From Candidatus Latescibacterota bacterium (GTDB taxonomy: Bacteria > Latescibacterota > UBA2968): a stretch of 64,000 bases of DNA. The notes beneath the pieces were generated by a model that had not been told where the DNA came from, searched no databases, and saw nothing but the letters and a program-made list of their open reading frames with translations. Shown one piece after another: positions 61,069 through 64,000 of the stretch. A program made the position numbers and the translations under genes. Numbering within the stretch: the first letter of the stretch is position 1; each line of letters opens with the position of its first letter. Location: NCBI GenBank assembly GCA_965204745.1, contig OZ242010.1:3040001-3104000 (forward strand), written 5' to 3'.

Positions 61069-64000
61069 ATGAAGCGAATGTATTTGCTCTGTATGCTTTC
61101 CCTTTTCGCGGTATCGCAAGCGTTTGCAGGTACCACCGGAAAGGTCGCAGGCGTGATTAAAGACGCCCAAACCGGCGAGGTGTTGCCCGGTGCAAATGTC
61201 GTCGTGATCGGCACCCGCTTGGGCGCGACAACCGACGTCGATGGCGCGTACTTTATCCTCAATGTGCCGCCCGGCATCATGGAAGTGCAGGCGTCGATGG
61301 TGGGATATGCAACGGTCACGCAGACCGATGTGCGCGTGAAAATCGATCAAACCGCAAAGCTCAATTTTGAGTTGCGCGAAGAGGCACTTCAAGGAGATGA
61401 GATTTTGGTAGTGGCCGTGCGTCCGCCCGTGGAGATCGACCTGACCGCGAGCAAGCAGACCATGACCACCTCGGAATTGCAGTTGAGTTGGGCCAACACG
61501 GTGGAGGAGGCCGTGGAAACCCAATCTGGAGTGGGGGTTCGGGGAAGTATCCGCGGAGGATACGGCATCAACGCCGCCTATATTATAGATGGGGTGGATA
61601 TCCGCGACAGCAATACCCAGTCCAGCTTTGTCGTGACCAATACGGCGGCGATTCAGGAGATGGAGGTTTTGTCCGGCGGGTACAACGCGGAATACGGCCA
61701 GGCCAACGATGCGATCATCAACATCGTGACCCGGTCCGCGCGCGACAAATGGCACTGGAATGCCAAGACGCGCATGCGCCCGCGCGGCAAGTACCACTGG
61801 GGCCGGAATATTTACAGCGCGGAAAATGTCGAAAACCAAGTGATCACCAAAGCGTTCTTCGACAACAACGACATGGGGGCTTCGTGGAACGAATACTGGC
61901 GGGAGCAAGGCATTGAACCCACCGCCCAGTTCAACTGGGAAAAGTACCAAGAGTTCACAACGCCACCGGCAAATATGGGCAATTACGCAGATCTGGATCA
62001 GTGGGAGTGGGAAGGCGCTGCGTTCGGGCCTCTCTCCTCCAACATGGATCTGCTGTTGAGCGGCAAGTATTTGCGAGGCGTTACCAAGTGGCCGAGCGTT
62101 TTCAAATATAGCCCGGAATGGAGTGTGCTCACCAAATTGAATTACAACCTGGCCCAGAACACCAAACTCACGGCGTCGTTCAACCACCAAGGCACGGATA
62201 ACAGCGGTCAGCCCAGGTTGACTTATATGTCGACCGACGACATGGGCGGTTCGATGGGGAATCTTCCGTCCGGAGGGATCCGATCTCCCTACCAGACAGA
62301 GAAATGGAATTCGAATGGCAACACCGTAATTACCGGCAACAACTCGCGCGTGCCGCCGCCGCAGTATATCCGGACGAATGCGGCCATGTTGAAGCTGACG
62401 CACCTGTTTAGTTCGCGCACGTTTATGGATTTCCGCATTCAGCACTACCGAATGGATTACGACGCGCATTACGAGAACTTGACTGATACGAATCCCGTCT
62501 TATTCCAGGATCAAGTTGATCGAACCCCGGCATTTTTGGAACCCACTTGGTTTCCCAGCAGCCCGGTCAGCACGGGCGGGCGGCGGTGGCAATGGCCGCG
62601 AGATAACGCCAAGATGTTCGCCAATACATGGCGCACGACATTCCGGTTCGATCTGACCAGTCAAGTCAATGAACACCATCTGGTCAAGACGGGCCTGTCT
62701 TATGAGCCGCAGTATATCGACACCTGGTACGGCGGGCAGTTTGGATCGGCTTCACAACCGTTTAACAAGGTGCCAAACCGGCATTATCGGCCCTGGGATT
62801 TCACCGCTTATGTCCAGGATCAAATCGAGGCGGAAGGCATGATCGTCAACCTGGGCTTGCGCCTGGACATGTTCAACGCCAACCGGAATATCAATTACAC
62901 GCTTTGGGATCCCTACGCGCTGTCGCGCATCACCGATGGCAATACAGCCGGGGGCATTCTATCCTTTGACCCGGATGGTCCGCATGCCGTCAAGACGCCG
63001 CTTCAGGTCGCGCTGTCGCCCCGCGTGGGCATCGCGCATCCCATTACGGCGAGCACGGTGTTGCACTTTATGTACGGGCATTTCAACCAACGTCCGCCGT
63101 GGGTGAAAATCGCCGGTAATAAGGCCATCTGGAACCGCGGGGCGCCCTCTGATCCGAGCGTTCCCCTGCCGCCCAACTACGATCCAAATCCCAACGAGGA
63201 TTACAACTATATCCACTGGTGGGGCGTCGGCGGCAATCCGGCCATTGGGTTTGAGAAGATGATCCAGTACGAGGTGGGGTTCGACCAAGATATCGCCGGT
63301 GTGCTCGGCATGGATGTGACGATGTATTACAAAGATGCCAAGGATCTGACAAAGCTCGGTTTCCGCCAGGGGCGAGAGGAAGAAACCGGCAACAATGAAC
63401 GCCTTCAAGTCAATTTGTTCATGGATCCGGCCAACCCGCAAAAACAGACACCCCAAGACCAGTTCACGAACCGGGGAGCCTGGAACGTTCAAGGCGCGCG
63501 CCTCGACGCTCGCGGCCTGGAATTGGAATTGAGCACCAAACGCTGGCAAAACGTACAGCTCCAAGTCAAGTACGACCTGTCGTATTCCAGCACCGGCGCT
63601 TATGGGCCGACCAACCTCTACATTCCCATCGAGCAACCCGACGGTTCGATCAAGAAACTCGGCCTGGATAGATATCACGGCGCGGGCGAGAACAATTTGG
63701 AGATATGGAACCCGCACAATACGTTGAAGATCAACGGGCTGTTCAGCACGCCGGCGGGGTTCGGCCCTGCAATGGGCGCGTTCAAACCCCTGAGCAACTG
63801 GTTCTTGAATGTACACTACACCTACGCTTCAGCACAGCGATACACCTATCATCCGCCCGGCGATACGAGCACCGAGCCGCTGAATCGGTCGTGGAAGCCT
63901 TATCACCGCACCAATCTGCGCCTCTCGAAGCGTTTCGGACTGGCGAGGGGGATGAGAGGCGAATTTGCCCTTGACGTCCACAATGTCCTCAACAACAAAA
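61069..64000 (+). CDS. TonB-dependent receptor with N-terminal carboxypeptidase-regulatory-like domain (3' end runs off the window)
   Basis: Not in the ORF track (no stop). AAGGAG RBS; MKRMYLLC..AGTTGKVAGVIKDAQTGEVLPGANV..YFILNVPPG..SMVGY; plug motif LSGGYNAEYGQA. Confidence 0.9.
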   Translation, partial: MKRMYLLCMLSLFAVSQAFAGTTGKVAGVIKDAQTGEVLPGANVVVIGTRLGATTDVDGAYFILNVPPGIMEVQASMVGYATVTQTDVRVKIDQTAKLNFELREEALQGDEILVVAVRPPVEIDLTASKQTMTTSELQLSWANTVEEAVETQSGVGVRGSIRGGYGINAAYIIDGVDIRDSNTQSSFVVTNTAAIQEMEVLSGGYNAEYGQANDAIINIVTRSARDKWHWNAKTRMRPRGKYHWGRNIYSAENVENQVITKAFFDNNDMGASWNEYWREQGIEPTAQFNWEKYQEFTTPPANMGNYADLDQWEWEGAAFGPLSSNMDLLLSGKYLRGVTKWPSVFKYSPEWSVLTKLNYNLAQNTKLTASFNHQGTDNSGQPRLTYMSTDDMGGSMGNLPSGGIRSPYQTEKWNSNGNTVITGNNSRVPPPQYIRTNAAMLKLTHLFSSRTFMDFRIQHYRMDYDAHYENLTDTNPVLFQDQVDRTPAFLEPTWFPSSPVSTGGRRWQWPRDNAKMFANTWRTTFRFDLTSQVNEHHLVKTGLSYEPQYIDTWYGGQFGSASQPFNKVPNRHYRPWDFTAYVQDQIEAEGMIVNLGLRLDMFNANRNINYTLWDPYALSRITDGNTAGGILSFDPDGPHAVKTPLQVALSPRVGIAHPITASTVLHFMYGHFNQRPPWVKIAGNKAIWNRGAPSDPSVPLPPNYDPNPNEDYNYIHWWGVGGNPAIGFEKMIQYEVGFDQDIAGVLGMDVTMYYKDAKDLTKLGFRQGREEETGNNERLQVNLFMDPANPQKQTPQDQFTNRGAWNVQGARLDARGLELELSTKRWQNVQLQVKYDLSYSSTGAYGPTNLYIPIEQPDGSIKKLGLDRYHGAGENNLEIWNPHNTLKINGLFSTPAGFGPAMGAFKPLSNWFLNVHYTYASAQRYTYHPPGDTSTEPLNRSWKPYHRTNLRLSKRFGLARGMRGEFALDVHNVLNNK

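Noticed and set aside
61048-63816. Minus-strand ORFs of 473 and 285 aa
   Set aside because: Antisense to the TonB-dependent receptor

Overview
GC-rich bacterial chromosomal window. A PorV/PorQ-type barrel and a CarboxypepD_reg-type TonB receptor suggest an FCB-group (Latescibacterota/Gemmatimonadota-like) organism; this is inference only. Housekeeping and metabolic genes (UbiD-family decarboxylase, AcuI/YhdH reductase, MocA-like transferase, recD2, tsaC, glnE, coaX, ccmBCD, TrmH-family methylase) alternate with accessory blocks. Main points: (1) three tandem Stf3-like sulfotransferases followed by a GPP34(GOLPH3)-cytochrome P450 fusion, with visible duplication scars; (2) a ~12.5 kb defence-rich region with a type II RM pair inserted into a sugar-nucleotide cluster, a PIN TA relic, a PcfJ protein, an ABC-ATPase + PIN pair, and a type I RM operon whose HsdM is fused in frame to a half HsdS and followed by a Zn-ribbon/wHTH/NDT-like gene; (3) a FolC + ATP-grasp fusion; (4) a ~310 nt predicted structured non-coding element closed by a 16 bp stem, just downstream of an unnamed nuclease-like/TPR-like gene pair; (5) a cusC-cusB-like pair without cusA, preceded by a Cys-rich RSPP leader ORF; (6) two inverted IS5-derived MITEs and many strand-polarised heptamer repeat tracts at gene boundaries. 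No rRNA, tRNA or CRISPR array was recognised. Family calls come from motif recognition by eye, not database searches.
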